Positions 29,127 to 43,084 are shown, numbered from the stretch's first letter. The stretch: 64,000 bases of DNA from Candidatus Aminicenantes bacterium (GCA_963702835.1 OY969762.1:2278427-2342426); one strand, 5' to 3'. Notes: generated by a model from the letters alone, not told the origin. Translations and numbers: made by a program.

Positions 29127-30407
29127 CTACCTCCGCTGGCGGGCCGGCAGGGTCCGGATTTTGGGCGAGAACCGCCAGCGGTGAGGCAGCCGGCTGATGC
29201 CTACGTCCTTGTGCAGCGAGGAGACGAGGAAGGTGTACAGGTTGCGGTGGTAGTCATAGGGGGTGCCGTCCGCTTTGTGCACGGCCACGTCCAGGTAATA
29301 GGTGCCGTTGATTAGGTTGAGCCGCGCGATACGGCAGACGACCCGGCCCCGGCCCTCTAGCGACCGCGGCCGGTACTCTTCCTGCTGCGTGTTCGTCCCG
29401 TAGCAGGAGATGCCCTGAGAATTGAAGATGCCGATGCCGAAAACAAAATCCTTGACCCGCTCCCGGGCCTCGACCTCCATCTCCACGACCATCCCCTCCT
29501 CGGGGGCAAAGACATGCCGGGCCTCTCCCCGCAGCGTCTTCAGCGTGACATGCTTGATCTCCACCTCGCGCTTGCCCCAGCGCGCCTCACGCCGCCCCTC
29601 CTCGGTCGGGATGTGTTCCAGGTCCACATCTTGATGCCGTTTTTTGAATTCCGCCTCCTTCTTGTCGGCCACGTCCTGGAGGTACCTGTCAATGACGCGC
29701 TTCGGCTCGCCCAGGGCCTGGACCCGGCCGCCCTTGAGCCAGGCCACCCGGTCGCAGATCTTCTCCACCGTGGGCAGGTCGTGGCTGACGAAGAGGATGG
29801 TCTTCTTCCGGCGCCGGAAATCGTCGATGCGGTCCAGGCACTTGGGCACAAACGAGGCGTCGCCCACGGCCAGGACCTCGTCGATGAGCAGCACATCAGG
29901 GTTGACATTGATGGCGATGGAGAACCCCAGCCGCATGTACATGCCCGAAGAATAAGTCTTGACCGGCGCGTCGATGAACTCCTCCAGCTCGGCGAAGCGG
30001 ACGATCTCCTCGAATTTCTGGCTGATCTCCCTCTTGGACAGGCCGAGCATGATGCCGTTGATGAACACGTTCTCCCGGCCTGAAATCTCGGGATGGAACC
30101 CCGCCCCCAGCTCGATGAGGGCCGCCACTTTGCCCTGCACTCTGACCGTGCCCTCCGTGGGCTTGGCGATGCCGGCCACGATTTTGAGCAAGGTGCTCTT
30201 GCCCGACCCGTTCTCCCCGATGACGCCGAAAGTGGTTCCTTGGGCGACCTTGAGCGATACCTGGTCCAGGGCCGTCACCAGCTCGTCGGACTGCAGCGAC
30301 TTGAAGAAATCGCCGCGCAGGAGGGCGCTCTTGAAGGTCTGGAAGCGGTGCCGCACCGAGTATTTCTGGTAAACGCGGCTGACATTCCTGAGCTCGATGG
30401 CGTTCAC
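29127..30407 (-). CDS. wzt: Polysaccharide ABC exporter ATP-binding subunit with Wzt_C domain
   Basis: [29 protein letters not shown]-terminal carbohydrate-binding domain. Confidence 0.9.
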   Translation of the reverse strand: MNAIELRNVSRVYQKYSVRHRFQTFKSALLRGDFFKSLQSDELVTALDQVSLKVAQGTTFGVIGENGSGKSTLLKIVAGIAKPTEGTVRVQGKVAALIELGAGFHPEISGRENVFINGIMLGLSKREISQKFEEIVRFAELEEFIDAPVKTYSSGMYMRLGFSIAINVNPDVLLIDEVLAVGDASFVPKCLDRIDDFRRRKKTILFVSHDLPTVEKICDRVAWLKGGRVQALGEPKRVIDRYLQDVADKKEAEFKKRHQDVDLEHIPTEEGRREARWGKREVEIKHVTLKTLRGEARHVFAPEEGMVVEMEVEARERVKDFVFGIGIFNSQGISCYGTNTQQEEYRPRSLEGRGRVVCRIARLNLINGTYYLDVAVHKADGTPYDYHRNLYTFLVSSLHKDVGISRLPHRWRFSPKIRTLPARQRR

Positions 30408-31244
30408 CTAGACCTCCTCGGGGAAGGAATCGCGCAGCCGGTCGAAGATAGCGTAGCCCAGCAGGAGAAGAAGGCAGCCGGCCAGGAAAGTCACGCCCAA
30501 CCTTTTCCAGGGAATCATCGTCCCGTAGTAGATCGTGTTCTGGTAGCCCTGCATGATGTGGGTCATGGGATTCACGGACAGGAAGGTCCGAAACAGGCGG
30601 GATTTTTGGATGGTGGGGAAGGTCATGGGATAGATGATGGGAGTCGCGAAAAACCAGAAGGTCAACAGGTTGGTCAGGATGTCTTTGATATCCCGGAAAT
30701 GGACGGTCAGCGAAGAGATCAGAAACCCGAACCCCAGGGAAAACACGAACTGGACGAACATGACCAGGGGCAGGAAGGCCAGATAGGCGCTGAACCCCGG
30801 CGCCCGGGGCACGAACAGGACGATGAGCGCCTTGGCCGCCAGCAGAATAGGCAGGCCGAACAAAAAGTGGATGAAGTTCGAGGTCACCACGACCACGGGC
30901 AAAACCTCGGCCGGGAAGAGGACTTTTTTAATGAGGTTGCCCTGGATCATGAGGATGTTGGCCGACTCGATGGAAGAGGAGGAAAACCAGGACCAGGGCA
31001 GAATGCCGCAGAAAAGGAACAGAGCATAGAGGATGGGATTTCTGTTGAAGGCCGGGTCGCGCGGGCCGATGATAAGCCCGAAGACGACGGTGTAGATAAT
31101 CATGAGCAGAAGGGGGTTGATGAACGACCACAGGAAGCCCAGCACCGTGCCCCGGTAGCGGGCCTTGAGCTCGCGGCTGACCAGCGTCCGGATAAGGACC
31201 CGGTAGCGAAAAAGCTCCTTGAGCTTCTTGAACAGCTTAAGCAC
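30408..31244 (-). CDS. wzm: Polysaccharide ABC exporter permease
   Basis: RELKARYRGTVLGFLWSFINPL; FATPIIYP. GTG start at 31244. Confidence 0.9.
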   Translation of the reverse strand: MLKLFKKLKELFRYRVLIRTLVSRELKARYRGTVLGFLWSFINPLLLMIIYTVVFGLIIGPRDPAFNRNPILYALFLFCGILPWSWFSSSSIESANILMIQGNLIKKVLFPAEVLPVVVVTSNFIHFLFGLPILLAAKALIVLFVPRAPGFSAYLAFLPLVMFVQFVFSLGFGFLISSLTVHFRDIKDILTNLLTFWFFATPIIYPMTFPTIQKSRLFRTFLSVNPMTHIMQGYQNTIYYGTMIPWKRLGVTFLAGCLLLLLGYAIFDRLRDSFPEEV

Positions 31245-31951
31245 GGCAGCCTCCGGCGAAGATCTGGCGCACCTCAGGCGTGTAGCCGCCCGCCGAGTCA
31301 TAGATCACCAGCGGCCGCAGAACCCGGGGCTTGGCGGCCTTATCGTCAACCTCGGCCAGAAAGAGACAGGCCGGCTGGCTGCGCCTGGAGCGGACAGAAC
31401 GGAGGCGCCCGAGACGGAGCCCGCTCCGCTCGAGCGCCTGGCGGAAATCCGCTCGGCGCCGCTCGGGGAAGACAAAATAACTTCTTCCCCCCTTCTTCAG
31501 TAGACGGCGCGTGGCTTCCATGACATCAAAAATATCACATCTCAGCTCATGTTTGGCAATAGACTTCTCGGCCGAAGGGCTGAGCGTCCCTTTCGCCCCT
31601 TTGAGATAGGGCGGGTTGGAAAAGACGACGTCGTATTTTTTTCGGGGGCGGAACTTCCGCAAATCCCCCCGGACGACCCTCACCCGGCCACCGAGCCCGT
31701 TGAGGGCCACGTTCCGGCCGGCCAGCCCGGCCAAGGACCTCTGCACCTCCAGGGCGGTGATGCGCCGAAAGGGCTTGGCCGAAAGCAGGAGAGAAATGAT
31801 CCCGCAACCACAGCCCAGCTCCAGAAGTTCGTCCCGGGGCCTGGCCCGGATGAATGAGGCCAGCAAGGGGGCATCCACCGAGAACCGGTAGCCCATTTTT
31901 TTCTGCCGGACCAGGATCCGGCCGTGGTAGAACGTGTCGAGCGTCTCGTCT

Positions 31952-31980
<29 letters not shown>
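31237..31980 (-). CDS. tRNA1(Val) A37 N6-methyltransferase-like protein
   Basis: GYRFSVDAPLL, ELGCGCG, SNPPY, IAKHE. Confidence 0.85.
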
Positions 31981-34570
<2,590 letters not shown>

Positions 34571-34571
34571 C

Positions 34572-36089
34572 CTAGCCCTCCTCCTCCTTGAACTTCCGGT
34601 TGAATTCCTGGAAGGCGGCGGTGATGTCCTGGTCGAGCGACGGGTCGATGGATTTTTTCTCAGTCAACCGGGTGAGGATGTCGCGGCGTTCGCCTTCGAT
34701 GAATTTGTAGAGCTTGGCCTCATAGCGGCCGATCTGGTCCACCCGGAACTCGTCCAGGAAGCCGCGGTTGCCGGCGTAGATGATGAGGACCTGTTTCTCC
34801 ACCGGCAGCGGCGCGTACTGGACCTGTTTGAGGATCTCGGTCAAGCGCAGGCCTCGGTCGAGTTGGGCTTGGGAGATACGGTCGAGCTCGGTGCCGAACT
34901 GGGCGAAGGTCAGGAGTTCGCGGTACTGCTGGAGGTCGCCGCGGAGCTTGCCGGCGACCTGCTTCATGGCCTTGATCTGAGCGTGGCCGCCCACTCGGGA
35001 CACGGAGATGCCAACGTTGATAGCCGGCCGCACCCCGGCATTGAACAGCTCGGGCTCCAGGTATATCTGGCCGTCGGTGATGGAGATGACGTTGGTGGGG
35101 ATGTAGCCCGAGACGTCGCCGGCCTGAGTTTCGATGAGGGGCAGGGCGGTCAGCGAGCCCCCCCCCAGGGTGTCGTTGAGCTTGGCCGCGCGCTCCAGCA
35201 GGCGGGAATGGAGGTAGAAGACATCGCCGGGATAAGCCTCCCTTCCCGGCGGCCGGCGCAGGAGGAGGGATATCTCGCGGTAGGCGGCGGCGTGCTTGGA
35301 CAGGTCGTCGTAGATGATCAAGGCGTGCTGGCCGTTGTCCCGAAAATATTCGCCCATGGCGCAGCCGCTGTAGGGCGCCAGGTACTGCAGGGGCGAGGGG
35401 TCGGAGGCGGAGGACGCCACGACGATGGTATAGTCCATGGCCCCGTAATCCTTCAACGTTTTAATGAAATAGGCGATGGTGGAGTTCTTCTGCCCGATGG
35501 CCACGTAAATACAGATGACTCCCGTTCCCTTCTGGTTGAGAATGGTGTCCTGGATGATGGCCGATTTGCCCGTCTGGCGGTCGCCGATGATGAGCTCCCG
35601 CTGGCCGCGGCCGATGGGGATCATGGCGTCGATGGCCTTGATGCCGGTCTGCAGCGGCTCGCGCACCGGCAGCCGGTCCACCACTCCGGGAGCCAGGCGC
35701 TCCACCACCATGTGGATGTCGGTCTGGACAGGCCCCTGGCCGTCCAGGGGAAGGCCCAGAGGATTGACCACTCGGCCGACCAGGGCCGGCCCGGAAGGCA
35801 CCTGCATAATGCGGTGGGTCCGCTTGACCAGATCGCCCTCACGGATGAGGTCGCTCTCGCCCAGCAGGACGGCGCCCACGCTGTCCTCTTCCAGGTTGAG
35901 GGCCAGGCCGAAGACGCCCTTGGGGAAGTCCAGCAGCTCGTTGTACATGACCCTGTCCAGGCCATGGATCTGGGCGATACCGTCACCTACGGAGATGACG
36001 GTGCCCACTTCCTGGATGTCCATACCGGTGTCGAAGCCCTCAATCTGCTTCTGGATGATGCGGCTGATCTCGTCGGCCTTTAACTGCAT
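34572..36089 (-). CDS. atpA: ATP synthase F1 alpha subunit
   Basis: [23 protein letters not shown]. Confidence 0.97.
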   Translation of the reverse strand: MQLKADEISRIIQKQIEGFDTGMDIQEVGTVISVGDGIAQIHGLDRVMYNELLDFPKGVFGLALNLEEDSVGAVLLGESDLIREGDLVKRTHRIMQVPSGPALVGRVVNPLGLPLDGQGPVQTDIHMVVERLAPGVVDRLPVREPLQTGIKAIDAMIPIGRGQRELIIGDRQTGKSAIIQDTILNQKGTGVICIYVAIGQKNSTIAYFIKTLKDYGAMDYTIVVASSASDPSPLQYLAPYSGCAMGEYFRDNGQHALIIYDDLSKHAAAYREISLLLRRPPGREAYPGDVFYLHSRLLERAAKLNDTLGGGSLTALPLIETQAGDVSGYIPTNVISITDGQIYLEPELFNAGVRPAINVGISVSRVGGHAQIKAMKQVAGKLRGDLQQYRELLTFAQFGTELDRISQAQLDRGLRLTEILKQVQYAPLPVEKQVLIIYAGNRGFLDEFRVDQIGRYEAKLYKFIEGERRDILTRLTEKKSIDPSLDQDITAAFQEFNRKFKEEEG

Positions 36090-36113
36090 GTTCGCTCCAT
36101 GTTCTTCGCTTCT

Positions 36114-36656
36114 TCAGTTCTCGGCCAGGATGTCGCGGAGCCTGGACAACTCGCCGCGAAGCGTCAGGTCGTAGATGACATGGCCCTTCCGCAGGGCCAG
36201 GCCGCCCACCAGCTCCGGGTCCAGGCTGAACTTCAGGAAGACCGGACGGCCTTCCCGGGATTCGAGGGCCCGGCGCAGACGCGTTTGCTGAGCCTGGCTT
36301 AAGGGAACGGCCGAGCAGGCCTCCACGGTCACCGCGCCGATCTTGTCGTTCCACAGGAGGGGCAAGAGGTCGAGAATGTCGGGCAGCAGCTCGAACCGGC
36401 CTTTTTCCAGGAGCAGGAGGATAAAGTTCCTGGTACGGAGGTCGGCGGCAGCCCGCTCTAGGACTTCACGGACCAGGTCGGTCTTCTTCGTCTTGGACAC
36501 AAAGGGGCTGGCCAAGGCCTGGTGGAACTTTTTATGTTCGAAGAACAGACCGGTGAACTCCCTCAGCTCCTCCCGAACTTTCCGGAAGTCGGCTTCGTCC
36601 CGCAGGACGTTAATGAGCCCTTGGCCGTACCTTCGAATCAGAACCTGTTTGATCAT
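36114..36656 (-). CDS. atpH: ATP synthase delta subunit
   Basis: RRYGQGL...DPELVGGL....YDLTLRG; operon position. Confidence 0.88.
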   Translation of the reverse strand: MIKQVLIRRYGQGLINVLRDEADFRKVREELREFTGLFFEHKKFHQALASPFVSKTKKTDLVREVLERAAADLRTRNFILLLLEKGRFELLPDILDLLPLLWNDKIGAVTVEACSAVPLSQAQQTRLRRALESREGRPVFLKFSLDPELVGGLALRKGHVIYDLTLRGELSRLRDILAEN

Positions 36657-37215
36657 TTTTGGACAACTCTTCTATGGCGCGGTCGATGAGCCCCGCCTGA
36701 ATCTCCGGCGTCAACCGTTTCTTGATCCGGGCCAGAGCGCGCTCGGCGGCCAGCCCGGCCGCGTACCTCTTGAGCTCGCCAAGGCCGGAACGGACTTGGG
36801 CCTCCATGTCCTGCTCGGTCAGACGCTTGATCCTGTCCGCCTCCCGGCGGGCCACCTCCCGGATCCGTTCCTGTTCGGCCCGTCCTTCTTCCGCGGCCGC
36901 CGTTTGGAGCGATTTCAGCTCGGCGTCCAGGCCGGACAGACGTTCCCGGGCTTGTCTCAGCCGCTCCTCGGCCTGACGAACTTTCTCCTGAGCGTCTTCG
37001 AGCTTCCGCCGGGCCTCTGCCTGGCGGCCGGCCAGAATGGTCCGGACCGGTTTGAACAAAATGAAACCCAAGCCGCCGAAAAGGATGAGAAAGTTTACGA
37101 CCTTGCCGATCATATCCAGGCTGCCCCCGGAATGCCTCACGCCTTCTTCCGATCCCCATAGCCACAGGGCGGTGGGGAAAAAGAGGAGCAGCGCAATAAG
37201 AACCCGGCCTCTCAA
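36610..37215 (-). CDS. atpF: ATP synthase F0 subunit b
   Basis: TM VNFLILFG plus coiled coil; operon position. Confidence 0.85.
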   Translation of the reverse strand: MRGRVLIALLLFFPTALWLWGSEEGVRHSGGSLDMIGKVVNFLILFGGLGFILFKPVRTILAGRQAEARRKLEDAQEKVRQAEERLRQARERLSGLDAELKSLQTAAAEEGRAEQERIREVARREADRIKRLTEQDMEAQVRSGLGELKRYAAGLAAERALARIKKRLTPEIQAGLIDRAIEELSKNDQTGSDSKVRPRAH

Positions 37216-37628
37216 TCCAACAGCCTCCGTTCGATCCTTTCGGCCAGATCGTCGGCCCGGAAATCCGCATCTTTTATTAAAGCCTCCACCTGGGCGGCGA
37301 CCTCGGATTTGGCCGCCTCCACCCGGCGGCGATATTCGGCGTTCATCTCCGCCACCATCCGGCTTTTCTCCCGCCCGGCCTCGGCCGTCAACCGTTCCCG
37401 GACCTGCTCAGCCTGAAGCTTGGCCTCGCGGACTGCCTGATTGATTTTCTCCAGGGACTGTTCATATTCTTCCTGGCTTCGGCGCGATTCATCCAGTCCC
37501 CGGCGAACACGCCGCTCCCGTTCGTCCCTGACCTTGCGCACCGGGTTGAAAAAGACCTTGGTCAGGATGAAGACCAGGACCCAGACGATAAGGAAGACAA
37601 AAAGAGCAGAGCTGTCTATGGAAAGCAT
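37212..37628 (-). CDS. ATP synthase F0 subunit b'
   Basis: N-terminal TM, FFNPVRKVRDER, coiled coil. Confidence 0.85.
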   Translation of the reverse strand: MLSIDSSALFVFLIVWVLVFILTKVFFNPVRKVRDERERRVRRGLDESRRSQEEYEQSLEKINQAVREAKLQAEQVRERLTAEAGREKSRMVAEMNAEYRRRVEAAKSEVAAQVEALIKDADFRADDLAERIERRLLD

Positions 37629-37714
37629 ATCAGTTCAATCAGATACGAATGAAAAATGAGTGCTCAAGGTAGCATGATTGCCCGCAAAATGCAAGGATGC
37701 TTCCGGCCCAGCAT

Positions 37715-37858
37715 GCATCTCCAATCCTGTGATATGTGGGGAGGGGTGGCACGGCGGAGGGGCTCCCCACCCGCGCGCAGCCTGGCGAGCACGAATGGGG
37801 AGGAGCCGTGACAGGACCCCTCCTCTTCTTGAAGCTAGGATCACACAAATGGAGATGC
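37715..37858 (+). repeat. MITE/REPIN-like hairpin element, copy 1
   Basis: Ends GCATCTCC..TGTGAT / ATCACA..GGAGATGC; core GGGGAGGAGCCGTGACAGGACCCCTCCTCTTCTTGAA shared with copies 2 and 3. Confidence 0.75.
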
Positions 37859-37879
37859 TTACTCAGGCCCATCGCTTCT

Positions 37880-39193
37880 CTAGGCGATATCTCTTTTTCC
37901 GGCTAGGAGCTCTTTAATGGCCCCCACCAAAAACAGGGAGCCGGTGGCCAGGAGGCAGCCTCGCCGCCGGCGAGCTTCAGCCAGGGCCGAGCAATAGGCC
38001 CGTCCCGGGTCGGGCTCAATCAAAATGCGGCCGGCAAAGGACCGGGCTTGGTCCAGGATATCGGCCGGTTCGGCTGCGCGGTGGAAAGGAAACTTTGTCA
38101 GAATGATTTTTTCGGCCGGGGGAAAAAGAATGCGAGCGAGGCCGCCGATATCCTTGTCCCGCATGACGGCGAAAAGCAAGACCAGGGGCTGCCGGATAAA
38201 ATCCTTGATGTAAGCCCGGACGGCCAGAGCGCCGTCCGGATTGTGGGCGCCGTCCAAAATGACCCGGGGCGAGCGGCGGACAGTCTCCAGCCGGCCCGGC
38301 CAGAAGGCCTCGGCGATGCCCCGAAGAATGAGCTTCTCTTGTAGAAGCCTCCACCTTCGGCCCAGCAGGGTGGCGGCGGACAGGGCCACGGCCGCATTTG
38401 TCCCCTGATGATAACCGAGGAGCCGAGGTGAATAGACGAATCGCTTCTCCGGCGTTTTATAAATAAATTTATAGCCCCTATCTCTTTCTCCTTTTAAAGC
38501 GATAAACCTGTTGGGCGGGTCAAAGACTCCGGTGAACGGGGCCTCAAGCTCCCGAGCCCTTTTTCTGATGACGGCGGCGGCTGTCCGCTTATCCACGCCG
38601 CTCACCACGGGCACGCCCGGTTTGATGATGCCGGCCTTTTCGAAGGCGATGTGGGCCAGCCGCCGGCCCAGATATTTCTCGTGGTCGCGGCTGATGGAAG
38701 TAATAACGGAGAGAATCGGCGTCACGACGTTGGTCGCGTCAAACCGGCCGCCCAGGCCTACTTCCAGAACAGCGATGTCTACCCTTTTTTCATGAAAATA
38801 GCTCAGGGCGGCGCAGGTCAGGACCTCAAAATGAGTGGGCGGAGAGGGCAGCTTCCCGGCCCGCAGGAGTTTGTCCGCGACCTGCCGGACCGCGGTCAGG
38901 ACCCGGCAAAACTCCGGGGAGGAGATCTGTCTATCGTTAATGCGGATCCTCTCCTCGACCGAGACCAGGTGGGGAGAAGTGTACAGGCCCGCCCGCAGGC
39001 CGTGCAGGCTCAGAATGCGGGTGAGCATGGCGCACACCGAGCCCTTGCCGTTCGTGCCGGCCACCAGAAGCGTCGGATATCTCAGGTGGGGGTTGTCCAG
39101 GCCGTTGAGCAAGGTTCGGACGCTGTCCAAGCCGAGCTTAATGCCTATGACCTGGAGCGAATCCAGGTAGGCCCGGCACTGCGCGAAATTCAT
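37880..39193 (-). CDS. folC: Folylpolyglutamate synthase/dihydrofolate synthase
   Basis: VAGTNGKGS, YTSPHL, EVGLGGRFDATNV, LDGAHNP. Confidence 0.95.
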   Translation of the reverse strand: MNFAQCRAYLDSLQVIGIKLGLDSVRTLLNGLDNPHLRYPTLLVAGTNGKGSVCAMLTRILSLHGLRAGLYTSPHLVSVEERIRINDRQISSPEFCRVLTAVRQVADKLLRAGKLPSPPTHFEVLTCAALSYFHEKRVDIAVLEVGLGGRFDATNVVTPILSVITSISRDHEKYLGRRLAHIAFEKAGIIKPGVPVVSGVDKRTAAAVIRKRARELEAPFTGVFDPPNRFIALKGERDRGYKFIYKTPEKRFVYSPRLLGYHQGTNAAVALSAATLLGRRWRLLQEKLILRGIAEAFWPGRLETVRRSPRVILDGAHNPDGALAVRAYIKDFIRQPLVLLFAVMRDKDIGGLARILFPPAEKIILTKFPFHRAAEPADILDQARSFAGRILIEPDPGRAYCSALAEARRRRGCLLATGSLFLVGAIKELLAGKRDIA

Positions 39194-39987
39194 CGAGGCC
39201 GGTTGAGGAAAAGGCGCAGGGCGCGAATGATGTAGTCGCGCAGGACCCGCCGTTCCACAACGTCGTCCAGCATGCCGTTCTTGAGCAGGAACTCGGAACG
39301 CTGGAACCCTTTGGGCAGCTTTTCCCGGATCGTCTGTTCGATGACTCTCGGCCCGGCGAAGGTGATCAGGGCGTTGGGCTCGGCGATGTTGATGTCGCCC
39401 AGCATGGCGTAGGAGGCCGTGGTGCCGCCCGTAGTCGGGTCGGTCAGGACGGAGATGTAGGGCAGCCCGGCCTCATCCAGCCGGGCCAGAGCGGCGCTCG
39501 TCTTGGCCAGCTGCATCAGGGACAGAACCCCTTCCTGCATCCTGGCTCCGCCGGAGCAGGAGACGATGATGAGGGGCAGGCGCTCGGCCAGGGCCCGTTC
39601 AGCCGCCCTGGTGATTTTCTCGCCCACTACCGAGCCCATGCTGCCGCCCATGAAGAAGAAGTCCATGGCCGAGATGATGACCGGGATGCCGTCCAGGGTC
39701 CCTTTGGCGTTGATCACCGCATCGGCCAAACCCGTTTTCTTCTGGCTGTCCTGGAGCCGGCGGTTGTACTTCTGGGTGTCTTCGAACTGCAGCCGGTCAA
39801 CCGGACGGATATTTTCATCGAAGCGCTCCCAGGAACCCTTGTCCAGCAGCATGTCCAGACGTTCCTCGGCCGAAAGGCGGAAGTGGAAATTGCAGGAAGG
39901 GCAAACCGAGAGGTTGTCCAGTATATCCTGTTTATAGAGGATGCGTCCACAGCTATTGCAGCGTGTCCACAACCCTTCTTCGGCCAT
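39190..39987 (-). CDS. accD: Acetyl-CoA carboxylase carboxyltransferase beta subunit
   Basis: Zn ribbon CNSC/CPSC, GGSMGSVVGEK, SGGARMQEG. Confidence 0.96.
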   Translation of the reverse strand: MAEEGLWTRCNSCGRILYKQDILDNLSVCPSCNFHFRLSAEERLDMLLDKGSWERFDENIRPVDRLQFEDTQKYNRRLQDSQKKTGLADAVINAKGTLDGIPVIISAMDFFFMGGSMGSVVGEKITRAAERALAERLPLIIVSCSGGARMQEGVLSLMQLAKTSAALARLDEAGLPYISVLTDPTTGGTTASYAMLGDINIAEPNALITFAGPRVIEQTIREKLPKGFQRSEFLLKNGMLDDVVERRVLRDYIIRALRLFLNRPR

Positions 39988-40067
39988 TTTTTTTGACCCT
40001 CCGGAAATTCTGCCAGAAAATACTAATCTGATATCGGTCTTAAAGTCAACGCCTCGCTAGCCTTTGT

Positions 40068-40156
40068 AAGCATCTCCTTTTCTGTGATGTGGCATTCAAG
40101 AAGAGGAGGGGTCCTGTCACGGCTCCTCCCCGCGAATCACACGATTGGAGATGCTT
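40068..40156 (-). repeat. MITE/REPIN-like element, copy 2 (inverted, internally shortened)
   Basis: AAGCATCTCC / GGAGATGCTT termini; reverse complement of the shared core. Confidence 0.72.
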
Positions 40157-40265
40157 CCCCAGCCTTTAAAGCCGGCTCGGCAAGGCTACCCCCTCTCTGG
40201 TGGTCGCCCCAGCCGCCTCCACATTAAAAAAACTGAGGATATTTCCCAGGAACAGGAAAAAACAA

Positions 40266-40736
40266 TCAGGCCTGTTTGCCCGCCTTGGCGGCCAGGCCGG
40301 CTTTTTTAGCCAAGTAGGAAGCAATGTCGTCCGGGGCGGGAAGGTCGAGCCAGATCTCGCTTTCCTCCTTGAGCAGGCCCAGCACGGAATTGATGAACTT
40401 TTCCTTATCAAAGGGTTTCTCGAAATAATCCGAGGCGCCGAAAGTGGTCAGGGCTTCGTGGCGATACTGCGGCCCCCGATAGGCGCCGGTGACGATGATG
40501 ACCGGGGTGTGACCCTTGGTCTCATGGGTGATCCGCTCGGTCAGCTCGAAACCGTGGAGCTTGGGCAGAATGGCCTCCATGACGACCAAATCGGGCTTCT
40601 CCTCCTTGAATTTGTCGTAGGCTTCCTGCCCGTCAACGGCCCGGCTCAGCTGAAACTTGTAGGGTTTGAGCAGCTGGATCATGGCTTCCAGGCTTTGACT
40701 GTCGAAATCCACGATGAGAATTTTTTTGCCGACCAT
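40266..40736 (-). CDS. Single-domain response regulator, atypical receiver
   Basis: KILIVDFD...PDLVVMEAILP...IVTG...EKPF; Glu at the phospho-Asp position. Confidence 0.85.
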   Translation of the reverse strand: MVGKKILIVDFDSQSLEAMIQLLKPYKFQLSRAVDGQEAYDKFKEEKPDLVVMEAILPKLHGFELTERITHETKGHTPVIIVTGAYRGPQYRHEALTTFGASDYFEKPFDKEKFINSVLGLLKEESEIWLDLPAPDDIASYLAKKAGLAAKAGKQA

Positions 40737-40741
40737 ATCCC

Positions 40742-43084
40742 TCACTCCACGGTGCAGGCAGCCGGCTCGCCTTCCCGCCCGCGCAGGTCGACGGCCGAGA
40801 CCAAAAAGGTCAACCGGGCCCGGCGGCCCCCGGCCGAAAACACATAGCTGCAGGAAGAAGGCGAGACAACGCCCAAAAGCTTCGGGCCGCTCCCGGCGGC
40901 TGCCAGATAGACATTATAGCAGCTGATGTGCCGATTGGCACGGTTGGGCTTCCAAGCCAACAGGACGAGATACTGCCCGGCCTGAGCCCTCCGCCACTCG
41001 GCCTGGAGGTCCGTGGGAGGCTTGATGACCGGAGGCAAAACAGTGAGGGTCAGCGGGACTTGGACGGGGCTGTTCTCGGCCTCCGGACTGATGATGGTCA
41101 GGCTTTCTGCGTATTGGCCTTCGACCAAGTAGGCGGTCCGGATCTTGGCTTTCACCTCTACATACTCGCCCCAAGATTTCCCGGCCGCGGGCATAAGTTC
41201 GATCCAAGACTTGGAAGGAGACAGGGAGAAATTCAGGGGGCCGACCCCCCCGTTCTTGACCTGCAGGCTCAAACTCAATAAGCCCGGCTGTCCCTCTTCA
41301 AAGCTGGCCGCCAAGGCCGTCTGGTCCGTGGCGATTCGGGGTTTCGGACTGTCCACGACCAGGCGGGAGAAGATATCGCCGGTCTGGCTGCCCGGGGGAG
41401 TATTGGAAAGCGGCGAATAGGAAACCAGGATATAATCGGCGGTCAGGCGCTGGGCATCTATCGTCAGACGGGTGTAGCCCGGGGGGCCAAAAAAGCCCGG
41501 CGGACGGCTGTAACCGTCCCCGTAGAACCGGCGCCAGTAGGGCCCTTTCCACCACCATCCCTCGGCGATTTTCTTGGGCGAGCCGCAGCAGATGCCGTAC
41601 AGCGGCCTTTGATTCCAGCCAGACGTCAGCCGCCGATAATAATGGATATGATCATGGCCGTATAAAAAGGCAGAAACCCCTGCTTCAGCCGCCAACTGGG
41701 TGATCCGGACCTGCTCCACATTGGCCGGGTCGCCAAGACCCTGATAATCCTGCGCAGTGAACAATGGGCCCCGGCCGTAGGCCAGGTCCAAGCGCGTCTC
41801 CTCTGGGCCGGCGGGCCAGCCGCCCAGGACATGATGGAAACAAGCAAAAATCCAATGCTTCTCCCGATTCTGCAGGACTTTCTTCAGCCAGTCGAATTGC
41901 TGAGTCCCCAGGGTCCAGTCCTCAATCCGGGCCGGCTCCCGGCCGCCGCAGAAGGCCGTGCAGTCCAGGATGATGAACTCGGCTCCGCCGTGGCCGTCCT
42001 CATCTCCTCCCCAGGTGAAGGCGTAATAGTTACCCTGGCTGTGGCCGCCCTCGGGATAGATTTGGTCCGTAGGCAGGGCAAAATATTTCTGGCGCCAGCT
42101 CCGGGCCTGGCCGCGCAGAGCATTCCAGCCCTCCTCGCCGTCATGATTGCCCAGGCCGATGAAGAAGGGCAGGCTGGGGGTCAGGGCGGAGAAGATCTTG
42201 CGCATCCTCAGCCAAAGCGTCCGGGCAATATAATCTTTGTCGGCTTCGGTCAGCGACTTATAGGGAAGCCCCATGTTTTCCCAGCGGTAGCTGGCGCCGA
42301 TGCCGGTGGTATCACCCAAATTGATGACAAAGTCAGGGTCCTCGGCGGCCAGGATGTAGCCCATGGCCTGGGCCAGGCTGAACCCGTTGTCCAGGGAGTC
42401 GAGCGGCGGGGAGGGCCTCCAGGAGGGGTTGAAGCGCAAACCTTTAAGGAACTCATTGACATAATCACCGCTGAGCATCAACTGCTGATGGGATTTCGGC
42501 ATCTTGTGGACGGCGTCGTCGAAATTATGATCGTCGTTGATAAGCAGAACTTTGACCCGGCCTCCGCTCTCCAGGCGGGTATTGGGCAGCCGGAAGCTCT
42601 TGGGGCTGAGCGCCCGCCAGGCCTCCTGGCCGCTCCGATACTGCACCTGATAGTAGAGCCTCTCGCTGTCGCTGCCCGGCAATTGAAGAGTCAGGCTGTC
42701 CTGGACGCCGATGAAGGACTGCACGGCTGAGGAGGTGGCCAGCCCTTCGCGGGTCTCGGCCGAAGCCACTTTGATGTCCAGGCTGGTGCCCTCTTTCAAC
42801 AACAGGCTGAGGTCAGCTCGCCAGCGGGCCAGGCTATCCCCTGCCCGGTTGGGCCTCAGGTTGTAGATGCGCTCGGCGCAGGCGAAAAAATTCTCGTCGT
42901 AGGGAAAGGGAAAGCTGTCGTCGGCCAGCTGCGGCCAGAGGGGGGAGGTGGTGACGTCCTGTTCGCCGGAAAAAGGCAGCAGCCTTCGGGGGTCCAGACT
43001 GGCGGCCGCCAGCCCCAGCCCCGCCAGCTTAAGAAATTCCCTCCGCCTCAGATCCATGCTTTTCTTTTTTACCAAAAATGCCAA
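40742..43084 (-). CDS. Tat-exported metallophosphoesterase with C-terminal BACON/Ig-like and FN3 domains
   Basis: RRREFLK; DDH, NLGD, GNHD, FHH, GHDH metal motifs; beta-rich tail ending VSAVD..GREG. Confidence 0.8.
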   Translation of the reverse strand: MAFLVKKKSMDLRRREFLKLAGLGLAAASLDPRRLLPFSGEQDVTTSPLWPQLADDSFPFPYDENFFACAERIYNLRPNRAGDSLARWRADLSLLLKEGTSLDIKVASAETREGLATSSAVQSFIGVQDSLTLQLPGSDSERLYYQVQYRSGQEAWRALSPKSFRLPNTRLESGGRVKVLLINDDHNFDDAVHKMPKSHQQLMLSGDYVNEFLKGLRFNPSWRPSPPLDSLDNGFSLAQAMGYILAAEDPDFVINLGDTTGIGASYRWENMGLPYKSLTEADKDYIARTLWLRMRKIFSALTPSLPFFIGLGNHDGEEGWNALRGQARSWRQKYFALPTDQIYPEGGHSQGNYYAFTWGGDEDGHGGAEFIILDCTAFCGGREPARIEDWTLGTQQFDWLKKVLQNREKHWIFACFHHVLGGWPAGPEETRLDLAYGRGPLFTAQDYQGLGDPANVEQVRITQLAAEAGVSAFLYGHDHIHYYRRLTSGWNQRPLYGICCGSPKKIAEGWWWKGPYWRRFYGDGYSRPPGFFGPPGYTRLTIDAQRLTADYILVSYSPLSNTPPGSQTGDIFSRLVVDSPKPRIATDQTALAASFEEGQPGLLSLSLQVKNGGVGPLNFSLSPSKSWIELMPAAGKSWGEYVEVKAKIRTAYLVEGQYAESLTIISPEAENSPVQVPLTLTVLPPVIKPPTDLQAEWRRAQAGQYLVLLAWKPNRANRHISCYNVYLAAAGSGPKLLGVVSPSSCSYVFSAGGRRARLTFLVSAVDLRGREGEPAACTVE

